64,000 nucleotides of DNA. Source: Polyangiales bacterium. GTDB lineage: Bacteria > Myxococcota_A > Polyangia > Polyangiales > JADJQN01. Every line of letters begins with the position of its first letter. Position 1 is the first letter of the stretch. The stretch spans positions 672,001-736,000 of the forward strand of contig CAXNJO010000002.1 of assembly GCA_964202905.1 (NCBI GenBank). The letters run 5' to 3'. Shown piece by piece: positions 39,330 through 49,464 of the stretch. The position numbers were made by a program, and so were the translations under genes. The notes beneath the pieces are model-generated. The model saw only the letters and a list, made by a program, of their open reading frames with translations, had not been told where the DNA came from and searched no databases.

Positions 39330-41216
39330 TCAGCGCGCGACGGTCAGGCGCCAGAAGTTGAGCGTGCCCATGTCCGTACGCGCCTCGTCGACGACCTTGA
39401 GCCGCCAGGTGCCGCGCAGCTCCTGGCCGACGAAGGCCGTGACGTCGAAGGTGCGGCGCACGTCGTCCGCGTCGGCGCCGTCGCCGCGGAGCAGCACGAC
39501 CTCGCTGCCGCCGACCTTCGAGAGCGCGATCGTGAGGTCGCCGCGGTACGGGTGCGTGATGTCGACGGTGACCTGCATCGTGCGGATCGCGCCCGCGTCG
39601 GCGACGACGATCTCGCGGCTCACGCCGGCGGGCGTGTTGTCGGGGATCGGCGCGGCGCTGGTGTTCTCGTACGTACGCGACGTGGGCGCGGGCATCGGCG
39701 TCGCAGTGCCGCGGGCGACTTCGAGCGTCCAGCCGTTGAGACGCCCGGTGTCGGACGCCGCGCCGTCGATCACGACGAGCGCCCAGTTGCCCGCCGCGTC
39801 GAGGCCGTTGAGGGCCGTCACGGTGAAGGATTGCCGCACGTTGTCGTCGCCCGCGCCCTGGCGGTCGAGCAGGACGGCCTCGCGGCCCGAGGGGTGCACC
39901 AGTTTCACGGTCAGGTCGCCGCGGTAGGGGTGCGTGATGTCGACGCTCACGGTGACGCCGCTGATCGCGCCGCCGGGCGACACGGTGAGGGTGCTGCGGA
40001 GGCCCGTGGCGCTGTTGTCGGGGATGGCCGCGCCGGTCGTGTTCGCGTGGCTCGTGGTGCTGCCGCTCGGCGCGCACGCCGGGACGAGCGCGCACTCGGT
40101 GTCGTCGCAATCGCTGCGGCCGTCGCGGTCGTCGTCGGTGGTGTTGTCGCAGATCTCGGCGGGGGGCGTGACCGTCGGGAGGTCGCTGACGTAAGCCGTC
40201 ATGAACTCCTTGACGTAGCGGTACGAGATCCAGCCGTAGCCGTCGCCGCGCGGGTTCTCGACGCCGAAGCTGCCCGTGCCCCAGCTGTTCTTGAAGAGGA
40301 AGAAGCCGCGCTCGACGACGGGGCGGCCCATCGCATCGACGAGCGGCTGACCCATCCCGTTGAGGCGGGGCACCTCGAGATCGTCATCCCAACCGACGAG
40401 GAGGATCGAGTGGCCCGCGGGGCGCATCGCGCTGTCGGCCTTGTCCTCGTCGTTCGGGTAGGGGACGTAGCCCTTGCGCTTGTAGGCGGAGCTGACCGTG
40501 AGGGCCGAGGCGCCGTGGTTCCACGCCTGGTAGAAGAACGAGCCGCCGATGACGACGGCGGTGCGCTTCGTCGACATGTGAGCCTTGAGGCTCGTCGCGC
40601 TCGAGTTGACCCAGCGGCCGCGCGGCAGCGTGTAGCGCTGCGCCGAACGTGCGGCGGCGGGCGGCTCGCCGTTCGTGTAGCAGCGGACGGGCATCATCGT
40701 GCCGGTGCACGCGGCGTCGTTGGCCGTCGTCCACTTCGTCGGCTCGTACGCCCACGCGCCCTCGGCGACGATGCCGAAGCGGTTGATCGCCTCGAGGTTC
40801 TTCTCGGCGCTCGAGCCCTCCGTGTCGAGGAAGGAGCGGACCTCGGACTTCGCCGACCACTGCAGGTACTGCTCGCTGAAGTCGGGGTTCGGGATGGAGC
40901 CCTCGCGGATGTAGAGGTGCTCCATCAGCGCGACGGTCGAGAAGATCGAGCAGACGCCGCGGCTCCGCTGGCTGCGGATGGGCGACTGCGAGGCGACGAG
41001 GTCGAACTGGCGCGGGTAGACCGCGTCGGCCTTGCCCTCCTCGGGGAGCATCTCGTTCGGCGGCGCACCCTCGACGAGGGTGTCGAGCGCGGAGAGCGGC
41101 TCTTCGCCCTCGACGTTGGGCGCGGGCTCGTTGGGGAAGTCTTCCGTGCCGGCGCAGCCCGGGGCGGCGAGGGCGGCGGCGAGGGCGAGCAGCAAGGCGT
41201 GGCGGGTGCGCGTCAT
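39330..41216 (-). CDS. Papain-like (C1) peptidase lipoprotein with two proprotein-convertase P-domains
   Basis: Q.SRGVCSIF, GHSILLVGW and FKNSWG; two ITHPYRGDL...G.W.L P-domains. Confidence 0.88.
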   Translation of the reverse strand: MTRTRHALLLALAAALAAPGCAGTEDFPNEPAPNVEGEEPLSALDTLVEGAPPNEMLPEEGKADAVYPRQFDLVASQSPIRSQRSRGVCSIFSTVALMEHLYIREGSIPNPDFSEQYLQWSAKSEVRSFLDTEGSSAEKNLEAINRFGIVAEGAWAYEPTKWTTANDAACTGTMMPVRCYTNGEPPAAARSAQRYTLPRGRWVNSSATSLKAHMSTKRTAVVIGGSFFYQAWNHGASALTVSSAYKRKGYVPYPNDEDKADSAMRPAGHSILLVGWDDDLEVPRLNGMGQPLVDAMGRPVVERGFFLFKNSWGTGSFGVENPRGDGYGWISYRYVKEFMTAYVSDLPTVTPPAEICDNTTDDDRDGRSDCDDTECALVPACAPSGSTTSHANTTGAAIPDNSATGLRSTLTVSPGGAISGVTVSVDITHPYRGDLTVKLVHPSGREAVLLDRQGAGDDNVRQSFTVTALNGLDAAGNWALVVIDGAASDTGRLNGWTLEVARGTATPMPAPTSRTYENTSAAPIPDNTPAGVSREIVVADAGAIRTMQVTVDITHPYRGDLTIALSKVGGSEVVLLRGDGADADDVRRTFDVTAFVGQELRGTWRLKVVDEARTDMGTLNFWRLTVAR

Positions 41217-41412
41217 GGGGGGCCGAGTGTGCAGTCCATGTGCCAGCGCTGGCAACCTCCGGGACGCGCTGATTTCGGGGTCCCGGGCGCTGCGCACGGT
41301 GGCCGGGTGGCCAACGGAGTGACCACCGCACCGGGTCGACGCTGGCGACTTCCGTCGCCAGGCGGGGGGTGGCCGACGCGCCGCGGCGTCGACAGCGCGT
41401 CGCGCGCCTCCG

Positions 41413-42528
41413 TCAGAGTTGCGCGCGGAGCGCCGCGATGCGCTGCCGCAGCGGCACGATGAAGTCGAAGCTCACCGTCGCCGTGCGCGAGCGCCGCGCG
41501 CGCGTCGAGTGCCACTTCGAGAGCGCGAGTCGCGCGATCGCGCGGACGAGTTCGATACCGAGCGGCCCCCAGCGCAGGCGCGCACGCAGCGTCCCGAAGG
41601 CCGAGCCGACGAGCGCGAACTCCTCGCGCGTGACGAAGCCGAGCGCGACCTCGTCGACGAGGTGCTCGCGGATGATCACGCCGCGCCGATGCACGAGCGC
41701 GACGACGATGAGCAGGAACACGAGCACGAAGAGCAGCCACAGCGGCAGCATCACGACGAAGAGCATCACGCCGCTCTCGCCGAGCGAGCCCGCGAGGACC
41801 GCGCTGCCGTTCCACGTCATGTGCAGCGCGACGGCGCCGACGTAGCCGAGCAGCGGCCCGGCCCAGCGGACCCACGGGCGCTCCGTCTCGCGCGCGAAGC
41901 CGAAGCCGATGCCGGTCATCGAGGTGTAGAGCGGGTGTCCCCACGGACCGAGCATGCCGCGGAGGAACAGCGTCCCGGCGAAGACCTCGCTGCTCTCGCT
42001 CGCGGCGCGCGCGTAATAGAGGACGTTCTCGACGGCCGCGAACGCGAGCGCGATGAACGTCGCGTAGATGATGCCGTCGACGAGACCGTCGAACTCACGG
42101 CGCAAGAAGTAGAAGACGCCGAAGAGGCCGAGCCCCTTCCAGGCCTCCTCGACGATCGGCGCGACGAGCACGGTGCCGAAGGCGTCGCCGCCCACGCTGA
42201 CGCAGCTCCCGCACTCGTTGATCGGGATCGAGAACGACGTCGCGCAGACGCCGCCCCACGCGAGACAGCCGACCAGCGCGTACCAGGGCTCCGGGTCGTA
42301 GCGGTCGAGGAGGCGCGGGACGGTCAGGTAGACGACCGCTGCCGGGAGCGCGAAGCCCGCACCGAGGAGCATGGTGAGGTACTGCTCTCCGGGGTCGTCG
42401 CTGAGGAGCGGTGGCAGCAGCACCTCGAAGAGCAGCAACCCCGCGCCGAACGCGAGCGCGACGAGCAGCAACCCGAGCCCGACCTGCCGGCGCGTGCGCT
42501 CCGGATCGGGCAGCGCGATGTGCGTCAT
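41413..42528 (-). CDS. PrsW-family intramembrane metalloprotease
   Basis: DRYDPEP, APIVEEAWKG, FAAVEN and LHMTWN. Confidence 0.9.
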   Translation of the reverse strand: MTHIALPDPERTRRQVGLGLLLVALAFGAGLLLFEVLLPPLLSDDPGEQYLTMLLGAGFALPAAVVYLTVPRLLDRYDPEPWYALVGCLAWGGVCATSFSIPINECGSCVSVGGDAFGTVLVAPIVEEAWKGLGLFGVFYFLRREFDGLVDGIIYATFIALAFAAVENVLYYARAASESSEVFAGTLFLRGMLGPWGHPLYTSMTGIGFGFARETERPWVRWAGPLLGYVGAVALHMTWNGSAVLAGSLGESGVMLFVVMLPLWLLFVLVFLLIVVALVHRRGVIIREHLVDEVALGFVTREEFALVGSAFGTLRARLRWGPLGIELVRAIARLALSKWHSTRARRSRTATVSFDFIVPLRQRIAALRAQL

Positions 42529-43613
42529 CCGCGGGCGCCGCGCGGCGCGATGCGCGGCGAGGAAGTCGGCAATTCGAGGGTGAACGCGCAGCCGCCGCCG
42601 AGGGGCTCCCCGACGCCGACCGTGCCGCCGTGCGCGCGCGCCGCGAGCCGGACGAACGTGAGCCCGAGGCCCTGGTTCAGGCGTCGCCGCGGCCCCGTGA
42701 GCTCGCCCTGCACCTGGGCGAACTTCTCGAAGATGCGCTCGCGCACGCTCTCCGGGACGCCCGGGCCGTCGTCGACGACGACGAACCGGAGGACACTGCC
42801 GCCCGGCTCGACGCGGATCGTCACGCGCGAGAGCGCGTAGCGGACGCCGTTCTCGACGAGGTTGTCGAGGGCGCGGCGCAGCACGCCCTCGTCGACGTGG
42901 GCGACGACGGGCGCGTCGGGCGCCTCGACGTGGATGGCGACGCCACGGAGCCGCGCGAGCGTCTGCGACTCGTGCACGGTGTCGCCCACGAGGCGGCGCA
43001 CGTCGACGTCCGCGCGCACGAGCGGCATCGAGGGGCTCTCGAGGCGCGCGACGTCGAGGAGGTTGTGCACCATGCGCTGGACGCGCGTCGTCGCGCGGAG
43101 GGCGCCGTCGAGGCACTCTCGCGCCTCGGCGTCGTCACGGACCGACGCCTGTTCGCCGAGGAGTCCGAGGTTCGTGAGCGCGACCGAGAGCGGGTTCTTG
43201 AGGTCGTGCACGAGCAGGCTGCCGAGCGTGTCCTTCATGCGCTCGACCGCGCGCTTGGCGGAGACGTCCTCGATGAGGAGGCAGCCGTACGAGGCGCCCT
43301 CGACCTCGAAGGACGTGAGCTTGACGACGACCTCGCGCGGCTGCGCGAGTTGCGGAAACGGGAACGAGAACTCGAGTTGCAGCGCGAGGGGCGTGCGGCC
43401 GATCTCGTCGTAGAAACGCCCACCGAGCTCGCGCACGTTCATGCAAGGCGCGACCTCGCGGAAGAACTCGCGGCCGAGGACGTCGTCGCGGGAGCGGCCC
43501 GCGAGGATCTCCTCGTAGCGGTTGTACTGCACGACGCGCCCGGTGGCGTCGAGCAGGACGACCCCCACGGGCAGCTGCTCGAGCAGCGACATCAGGACGG
43601 GCATCGGGACCAT
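42525..43613 (-). CDS. Sensor histidine kinase with photoactive yellow protein (PYP)-like PAS domain
   Basis: LD..G.VVQYNRYE..LAGR....VLGREFFREVAPC; HisKA HDLKNPL; HATPase NLVENG, DDGPG, GLGL. Confidence 0.85.
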   Translation of the reverse strand: MVPMPVLMSLLEQLPVGVVLLDATGRVVQYNRYEEILAGRSRDDVLGREFFREVAPCMNVRELGGRFYDEIGRTPLALQLEFSFPFPQLAQPREVVVKLTSFEVEGASYGCLLIEDVSAKRAVERMKDTLGSLLVHDLKNPLSVALTNLGLLGEQASVRDDAEARECLDGALRATTRVQRMVHNLLDVARLESPSMPLVRADVDVRRLVGDTVHESQTLARLRGVAIHVEAPDAPVVAHVDEGVLRRALDNLVENGVRYALSRVTIRVEPGGSVLRFVVVDDGPGVPESVRERIFEKFAQVQGELTGPRRRLNQGLGLTFVRLAARAHGGTVGVGEPLGGGCAFTLELPTSSPRIAPRGARG

Positions 43614-43784
43614 GGAAGCGTCGGCAGAATGCCACGCGGCGATGGGCGTCGGAAGGGGTTTCCTGCCCGGCGCGAGCCCGATCCGGGGACACGACCACAT
43701 GGCGCAGCACGCGTCGCAGCCGCCCTGCCGCGAGGCCTGCTGCACGGTCCGCTTCGCGGCCGACTTCGCGGCCTACCGCACTCC

Positions 43785-44519
43785 CTACTTCACGACGCGC
43801 AGGTACGACGGGGCGCTCGCCGCCGCGCGCCGCGCGGCCGCGTCTCCGGCGCGACCACCCGGAACGGCTCGGAGACCACCGCCGCCGGTGGGGAAGGCGG
43901 CGCGGAGGGCGGGCGCGCGCTCGCGGACGGCGCGCGTGCGCGCGCGGAGCCTTCCGCGCGGCGGTGACCGGGCGCGCAGCGGGCGGCGGCGCGGACGGCG
44001 ACTTCGCCGCGGCGCCGCGGCGGCGCGGCCGCGCGCGCGGGGTTCGGGCGCGGCTCAGGGTCGCGGCGGGCGGCGGCTGCCGACGGCTCGAGCTCAGCGG
44101 CGCCGGCTCGAGCGGGCTGTCGGGGCCGAGGTGCACTTGTCGGCGTCCGCGCCGCGACCACCGCGGTCCATCTCGGCCGACACCTCCGCCGCGATCTCGG
44201 CAGGCAGGTCCTCGGGCCACAGCACGCCCTTGCCCGCGTCATCCAGGAGCGCGAACACCGCCGCCCACGGGACCCAGCAGGCGAACGGGGTGCGCTGGAA
44301 GGAGAGCGTCGCGCCGAGCCCTGCGCTGGTGACCACGAGATCGGGGACCGGGATCGGCATGTCGAGCCCCACCTGCAGCACGAGCTGGGGCTGACGCCGC
44401 AGGTACTCGGGCACCCGGACTTCCGGGGCGCGCGGATCGAGATGCACGAACATGTTGCCGTGCGCGAGCAGCGCGCGCGCGACGTCGGGCTTGGACGGGG
44501 ATGACTTCGGCTCCGACAT
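43785..44519 (-). CDS. SspB-like (stringent starvation protein B) protein, low-complexity tail with frameshifts
   Basis: FVHLDPR...VP...ATLSF....F.C.VPW.AVFA core; terminal PSYLRVVK* at 43785 resembles the SspB ClpX-binding tail. Confidence 0.75.
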
Positions 44520-44657
44520 GGGGGCGAAGCGTAGCATCGGCGACTGCGCGGGCACGCGTGGGGGCAGTGAGACGACACGCGGCGCCGTCGTCGTGGTTGG
44601 CGCCCACCGGCGCGCCGCGGCCCGGTAGAGTGGCGGTCGCCTTCGCTGGAGCTGCCG

Positions 44658-45662
44658 TTGCCGCCTCCCCATCGCACGCCCCGCCCCGCGTCATCGTTCG
44701 ACGAACGAAGCGCGCGCGCGCTCCTCGCCCGACTCCTCGACGCCCCGCGCGTTCGTCACCCGGCTGGCGTGGCGCCGCGCGGAGACCGACTCGACGCGCT
44801 GCGCGAGGCGCTCGCGCTGCGCCCGCTGCGGGGCGGCCCCTTCAGCTCGCAGGTCGACCTCTTCGGCGAGCTGCTGCGCTGGCTCGTGACGGATCCATCC
44901 CGCGTCGACGCGCTCCTCGCCGCGCCCGAGGGCAAGCTCCGCGCGCACATCGGGCGCGTCGTGGCGCGGCTCGCGCGCGACGTCGGGATCGAGCGCGGCG
45001 ACCCGATCGCGCGCTTCCAGAAGTCGTTCGCTGCGGCGCTCCTCGCCGAGAGCCGCGCCGCCCGCCCACGCCTCGCGCGGAAGGGCGCCGACGTGCTGCG
45101 GCTGCCCGCCGCGGGAGGCGCCTCCGACGCGTGGCCCGACGATCTCGACGACGCGGGGCGCGGCACGTTCTCGCGGGAGAAGCTCGTCGCCGCGGCGCTC
45201 GCCGCGCTCGCCGCGCGACCCTCCGGCGCAGCGTCGCTCCGCGCGTTGCGGGGCGAGGTCGGCCGGCGCTACGACTTGCGTCCGCGCTTCGAGCGGGGGG
45301 AGACGCCCGACCGCGCCGACGGCGAAGGGCGCTCCGAGACGAGCGACGCATCACGCCATGCACAGGGCGACGGCGCCCGCTTCGACCCGACGCCGCGCGC
45401 GCGGGAGTTGCTCGCGCGGATCGCCCCCGCGGACGCGCCCTTCTGGATCGCGTGTTCGGAGGCCTTCCATGACGCGAACGCCCTGGGGATCGACCCGGAT
45501 CTCGCTCGGATCGCGGAGATCGTGGGGTGCAGCGAGCGGACCGTGCAGCGCTGGATCGCGCGCACGCAGGCCGAGCTCGGCGCGCTGACGGCGAGCACCT
45601 CGCTCCTCTCGATGCAGCTCTATCTGCACGCCGTGGCCGACCTGCTTCGCGCGCGCGTTTGA
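44658..45662 (+). CDS. Hypothetical protein with C-terminal helix-turn-helix
   Basis: C-terminal LARIAEIVGCSERTVQRWIAR; start uncertain. Confidence 0.55.
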   Translation: MPPPHRTPRPASSFDERSARALLARLLDAPRVRHPAGVAPRGDRLDALREALALRPLRGGPFSSQVDLFGELLRWLVTDPSRVDALLAAPEGKLRAHIGRVVARLARDVGIERGDPIARFQKSFAAALLAESRAARPRLARKGADVLRLPAAGGASDAWPDDLDDAGRGTFSREKLVAAALAALAARPSGAASLRALRGEVGRRYDLRPRFERGETPDRADGEGRSETSDASRHAQGDGARFDPTPRARELLARIAPADAPFWIACSEAFHDANALGIDPDLARIAEIVGCSERTVQRWIARTQAELGALTASTSLLSMQLYLHAVADLLRARV

Positions 45663-45714
45663 ACGGTATGTGACCCGCGACGCCGAACCCACGCGTCGGG
45701 TACCCTCGCCCGCC

Positions 45715-47490
45715 ATGCCCGAACCCGGCCTCTACCCGCGCGGCGGTCCCCGCCCCACCAGCAGCGCGGCCGAGCGCGCGACGTACGACGCGCTCGCGCG
45801 CGGCCTCCCGGCAGGCTGGTACGCGTGGCACTCGCTCCGCGTGCGCACCCCCGCCCAGGACGACGGCGAGTGCGACTTCGTGGTGGCGGTCCCGGGCCGC
45901 GGCGTGCTGCTCCTCGAGGTGAAGGGCGGGCGGCTCTGGGTCGAGGACGGACGCTGGCTGCAGAACGGGCACCCGCTCGCCGAGGCGCCGCTCGATCAGG
46001 TCTACGGTTTCCAGCGGAAGCTCATCGCGGTGCTGCGGCGGCAGGGCGCGCTCCAGATCCCATGGGTCGCGGTCGCGTGCGTGTTCCCGGAGACGTCGTT
46101 CGACGACGGGCCGCCGCAGCCGCACCTGCAGGGCTGCGTGCTCGGCGCGCTCGACATGGGGTACCTGCGCGACGCGCTGCCCGCGCTCGCGAAGCGCGTC
46201 TTCGATCGCAAGCTCGCGCCCGCGAGCGACGCCTGGATCGACGCGCTGCACGCGCTCTGGGGCGAGCGCTGGGTGCCGAAGCTCTCGCTCGGCGGCAGCG
46301 CGCGGCAGCGCGAGGCCGAGTTCGTCGCGCTCGACGCGCAGCAGCTCGGCACGCTCGACCTGCTCGCCGACAACCCGCGCGTGCTCGTCGAGGGCGCCGC
46401 GGGGACGGGCAAGACGATCCTCGCGACCGAGCTCTTCCGCCGCTGGTCCGGCGACGGCGGCGCACCCCCGCTTTTGCTTTGCTGGACGCGCCCGCTCTGC
46501 CTCGAGCTGCGGACCGCGGGCATCGCGGACGCGTGGACGATCCGTGAGCTCGGCGCGGAGCTGCTCACGCGGGCCGACCGCACCCCCCAGGGAGGCGCGC
46601 CCTCGAGCGAATGGACGCCGGAGACGTGGGAGCGCGTGACCCCCGAGGCCACGGCGCTCCTCGCCGCGCACCCCGGGGCGCCTCGGCGCGTGATCGTGGA
46701 CGAGGCGCAAGACTTCAGCGCGGACGACTGGGCGCTCCTCGTCGCGCTCGCGGGCGATGAAGCGATCTGGGCGTTCGGCGATCCGGGACAGAGCTTCTGG
46801 TCGGACGCGCGGCAGCCCCCGGCGGGGCTCTTCCCCGCGAAGGGGCGGCTCACCGCGCGCTACCGCTGCCCGGCGTCGCTCGTCGCCTTCGCCGATCGCT
46901 ACCGCGCGGGCGTCGCCGTGCCGGCCGATGCACCGCCGCCGGGTGACGCCCTGCGCGTCGTCGTGGTCGAGCGCATGCCACTGGCCCGTGCGGAGCCGGC
47001 GCGGACGGACATCTCGGTGGACGTGCGCGCAGCGGCGCCGGAATCGCCGACGGATGCCGTCGACGACGCAGCGGACGCGCCCGCGACGCCGGAGAACCCG
47101 CCAGATCCCGCGCAGACCGCGCACCGGCGCCTCGAGGCGTGCGTCGCCGCGGAGCTCGATCGGCTGCGTCGGGGGGGCGTCGCCCCCGCGGACATCGCCG
47201 TGCTCTCGCTCGCAGGGCGGTCGAAGTCTCGCATCGGGAGCGGCGCGCGCATCGGCGGCCACGAGGTCGTGCGCGCGGACGACGAAGCCGCCCCCGCGCA
47301 GCTCGTCGCCGACACCGGCCTGCGCTTCAAGGGCCTCGAGCGGCCGTGGATCATCGTCACGGAGTTGGGCCTCGGGCCGTCCCGCTACGACGTGCGCATG
47401 CACATCGCCCTCACGCGGGCCACCGTCGGCTGTGTCGTGGTCGCCACCGAGGCGGAGCTCGACGCCGATCCGCGGCTGCGCGGGGCCTGA
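45715..47490 (+). CDS. NERD nuclease domain + superfamily I helicase
   Basis: ECDFVV...LLEVKGG (NERD), GAAGTGKT, VDEAQD, FKGLE and ALTRA. Confidence 0.88.
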   Translation: MPEPGLYPRGGPRPTSSAAERATYDALARGLPAGWYAWHSLRVRTPAQDDGECDFVVAVPGRGVLLLEVKGGRLWVEDGRWLQNGHPLAEAPLDQVYGFQRKLIAVLRRQGALQIPWVAVACVFPETSFDDGPPQPHLQGCVLGALDMGYLRDALPALAKRVFDRKLAPASDAWIDALHALWGERWVPKLSLGGSARQREAEFVALDAQQLGTLDLLADNPRVLVEGAAGTGKTILATELFRRWSGDGGAPPLLLCWTRPLCLELRTAGIADAWTIRELGAELLTRADRTPQGGAPSSEWTPETWERVTPEATALLAAHPGAPRRVIVDEAQDFSADDWALLVALAGDEAIWAFGDPGQSFWSDARQPPAGLFPAKGRLTARYRCPASLVAFADRYRAGVAVPADAPPPGDALRVVVVERMPLARAEPARTDISVDVRAAAPESPTDAVDDAADAPATPENPPDPAQTAHRRLEACVAAELDRLRRGGVAPADIAVLSLAGRSKSRIGSGARIGGHEVVRADDEAAPAQLVADTGLRFKGLERPWIIVTELGLGPSRYDVRMHIALTRATVGCVVVATEAELDADPRLRGA

Positions 47491-47678
47491 GGCCACCGCC
47501 CGCGGCGGTCACGCTGCCGCGAGCGGGGCGGGCGCGCGGCACATTCGTCGTTGATTCTGGCGTTTTCTCGACCAAAGATATCGTCGCCGGGGATTTCGCC
47601 CGCTGCCGGTTGACGGAACGCTCGCGGTCCATACCTCCCTTCCAAAGATGGTGTGCACCGGGATGTAGGGGGGACATT

Positions 47679-48446
47679 ATGTATGCCGTGTCACAAACTC
47701 AGCTTTCGATGCAGGTCGCCAAGCGCATCGCGTATCTCCGTGCCGCCGGCGGCGTCACCCAGGACGAGTTGGCGCGCCGTCTCGGCATCGCCTTGAAAAA
47801 TCTGCAGCGGCTCGAGTCCGGGCGTCAGAATCTGACGCTCGGGAGCATCGAGCGAGTCGCCACCGCGCTCCGCGTGGACTGGCGCGACTTCTTCGTCGGC
47901 GAGCCCGCCGGGCAAGGCGGCACGGTGCGGCGCGCCGTGTCGACGGCGCGCCGCCTCGACGGACTCGTCGGGCCCGGCCGTGTGCTCGTGCCCGTGGGGG
48001 AGGATCCGCCACCGCAGGCGGTCCCGGTCACCACGCTCGTAGGCGCCGCGACGCGCCTGCGCGCAGGGCGCAAGGTCGAGCCGACGGCCTGGGTCATCCT
48101 GGGCCGGACGCGCCCGCCGGAGGGCGCGTTCATCGCGCGCATCCTCGGCGGCGCGATGGTCCCGGCGCTCGCCGATGGCGCCTGGGCGCTCTTCGCCCCG
48201 CCGGACACGCGCTCGCTCGTCGGCCGCGTCGTGCTCATCGCGCGCAGCGGCACCGGCGAGGGCGGCGCGCAGGGCTACCTGCTCAAGCGCGTTGCGAGCG
48301 CCGAGCCGGTCGGCAGCGGGAAACTGCGCGTGACGCTCCAGAGCGACAATCCGTCGTTCGCGCCGATCGTCCTCGAGGTGCGCAGCCTCGACGATCTGCG
48401 CGTCGTCGGCGTGTTCGTGCGCACCCTCAGCGCCTCGCCCGCCTGA
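47679..48446 (+). CDS. XRE-family HTH + S24-like domain (CI/LexA-like repressor)
   Basis: TQDELARRLG....LQRLESG; C-terminal GGAMVP...LLKR...LQSDNP.F.PI...VVG. Confidence 0.85.
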   Translation: MYAVSQTQLSMQVAKRIAYLRAAGGVTQDELARRLGIALKNLQRLESGRQNLTLGSIERVATALRVDWRDFFVGEPAGQGGTVRRAVSTARRLDGLVGPGRVLVPVGEDPPPQAVPVTTLVGAATRLRAGRKVEPTAWVILGRTRPPEGAFIARILGGAMVPALADGAWALFAPPDTRSLVGRVVLIARSGTGEGGAQGYLLKRVASAEPVGSGKLRVTLQSDNPSFAPIVLEVRSLDDLRVVGVFVRTLSASPA

Positions 48447-48829
48447 ACGCACGCCCGCGCGCCGTTCGCGGGTGACGGCAGGCGTCGGCGTCGCGCCGTG
48501 CGGCCCGGCACGTGAACCAGCGCGCTCGCTGCGCGACACGCGGCGCGCGCGGGCGCGTTCCCGTTGAGTCCGGCGGGACGCAGCGTGACGCGGGCGACGC
48601 GCGTCGACGTCGCAGGCCGCGCCGCGCGACGCGTCCGACGCGATGTTGGTCACCCGTGCGCGGCGCCGTGCTCGGTGCGGCGTCGTGCCCGGTGCGGCGA
48701 CAGCCGTGGCGGCCGCGCGGTGGCGCGTCCCGGGGCGCGCATCTCGGGGCGCGCGTCTCGGGCGCCCACGCTCGTGTCTCCCCGCGCGCCGTCGGGCGTG
48801 CTCAGCGCGGCCGGCGGGCGCGGGGAGGA

Positions 48830-49189
48830 GGTGGAGGCGGCGGGAGTCGAACCCGCGTCCGAAAGACCGTCACGGTGGCTTCTACGTGTGTGTTCCGCGT
48901 TTTGGTATCGCGCCCTCTTGCGCCCACGGACGGGCTCGCCAGAGCGCTATCGACCCTTTGATTTCGCCGCTCTCCCGGATCGCGTGGAGGCCGCTAGCCA
49001 GTTCGATGACGCCTCACCCGGGAGCACTGGCAGGCTCCCCGGCTCGACGGCTCTCTAAGCCCTACTCAGGCCGCGAGAGCAAGTGCATTATCGTTGGCAC
49101 TTGTGTTTCCCGGAAGGATTTACGTCGTTCCCGAGACCGACGACACGCGACCACCGATCGGAGTCCCCCGTCGAAACCGTGACGCCCCC
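48830..49189 (-). ncRNA. ssrA: tmRNA (transfer-messenger RNA), tag peptide ANDNALALAA
   Basis: 5' GGGGGCGTCACGGTTTCGAC and 3' GGGTTCGACTCCCGCCGCCTCCACC; G3-U70 alanine acceptor stem; tag ORF at 49066-49098. Confidence 0.97.
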
Positions 49190-49464
49190 TTGAGCTGCAG
49201 GCGCCGAGCATGGCGCGGGGGACAGGATAGGTGCGCGGACCGCCGCCGCAAGGCCTATTCTCGAGGGAGGCGCCGCACCTTCCGCGCCCCGCGTCCGGAC
49301 GCGGCCCGTGCCGCAAAGGCCAAAAGAAGGGCGGCCCGAAGAGCGTGGGGGGACGCCGCCATCGAGCCGCCACACTCGTCTGCGATTCGATTTCAGATAC
49401 GCGATGCATCCAGCGCAGTGAGCGGGCGCGATGGGCCCGGACCGCGTGATAGGCTCGCGCACCG

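Noticed and set aside
38190..41462. Very long alternative-frame ORFs (e.g. 38190..41462, 44842..47496, 26099..28567)
   Set aside because: They are antisense to well-supported genes, which is expected from stop-codon scarcity at high GC.
44520..48830. Prophage or ICE integrated at ssrA
   Set aside because: No integrase, phage structural genes or duplicated ssrA 3' end were found; kept only as a candidate islet.
49280..49410. Possible terminator or ncRNA upstream of ssrA (GGCGGC...GCCGCC followed by CTTCTTTT on the minus strand)
   Set aside because: Short stem with a long loop in very GC-rich DNA, and no recognisable RNA family.
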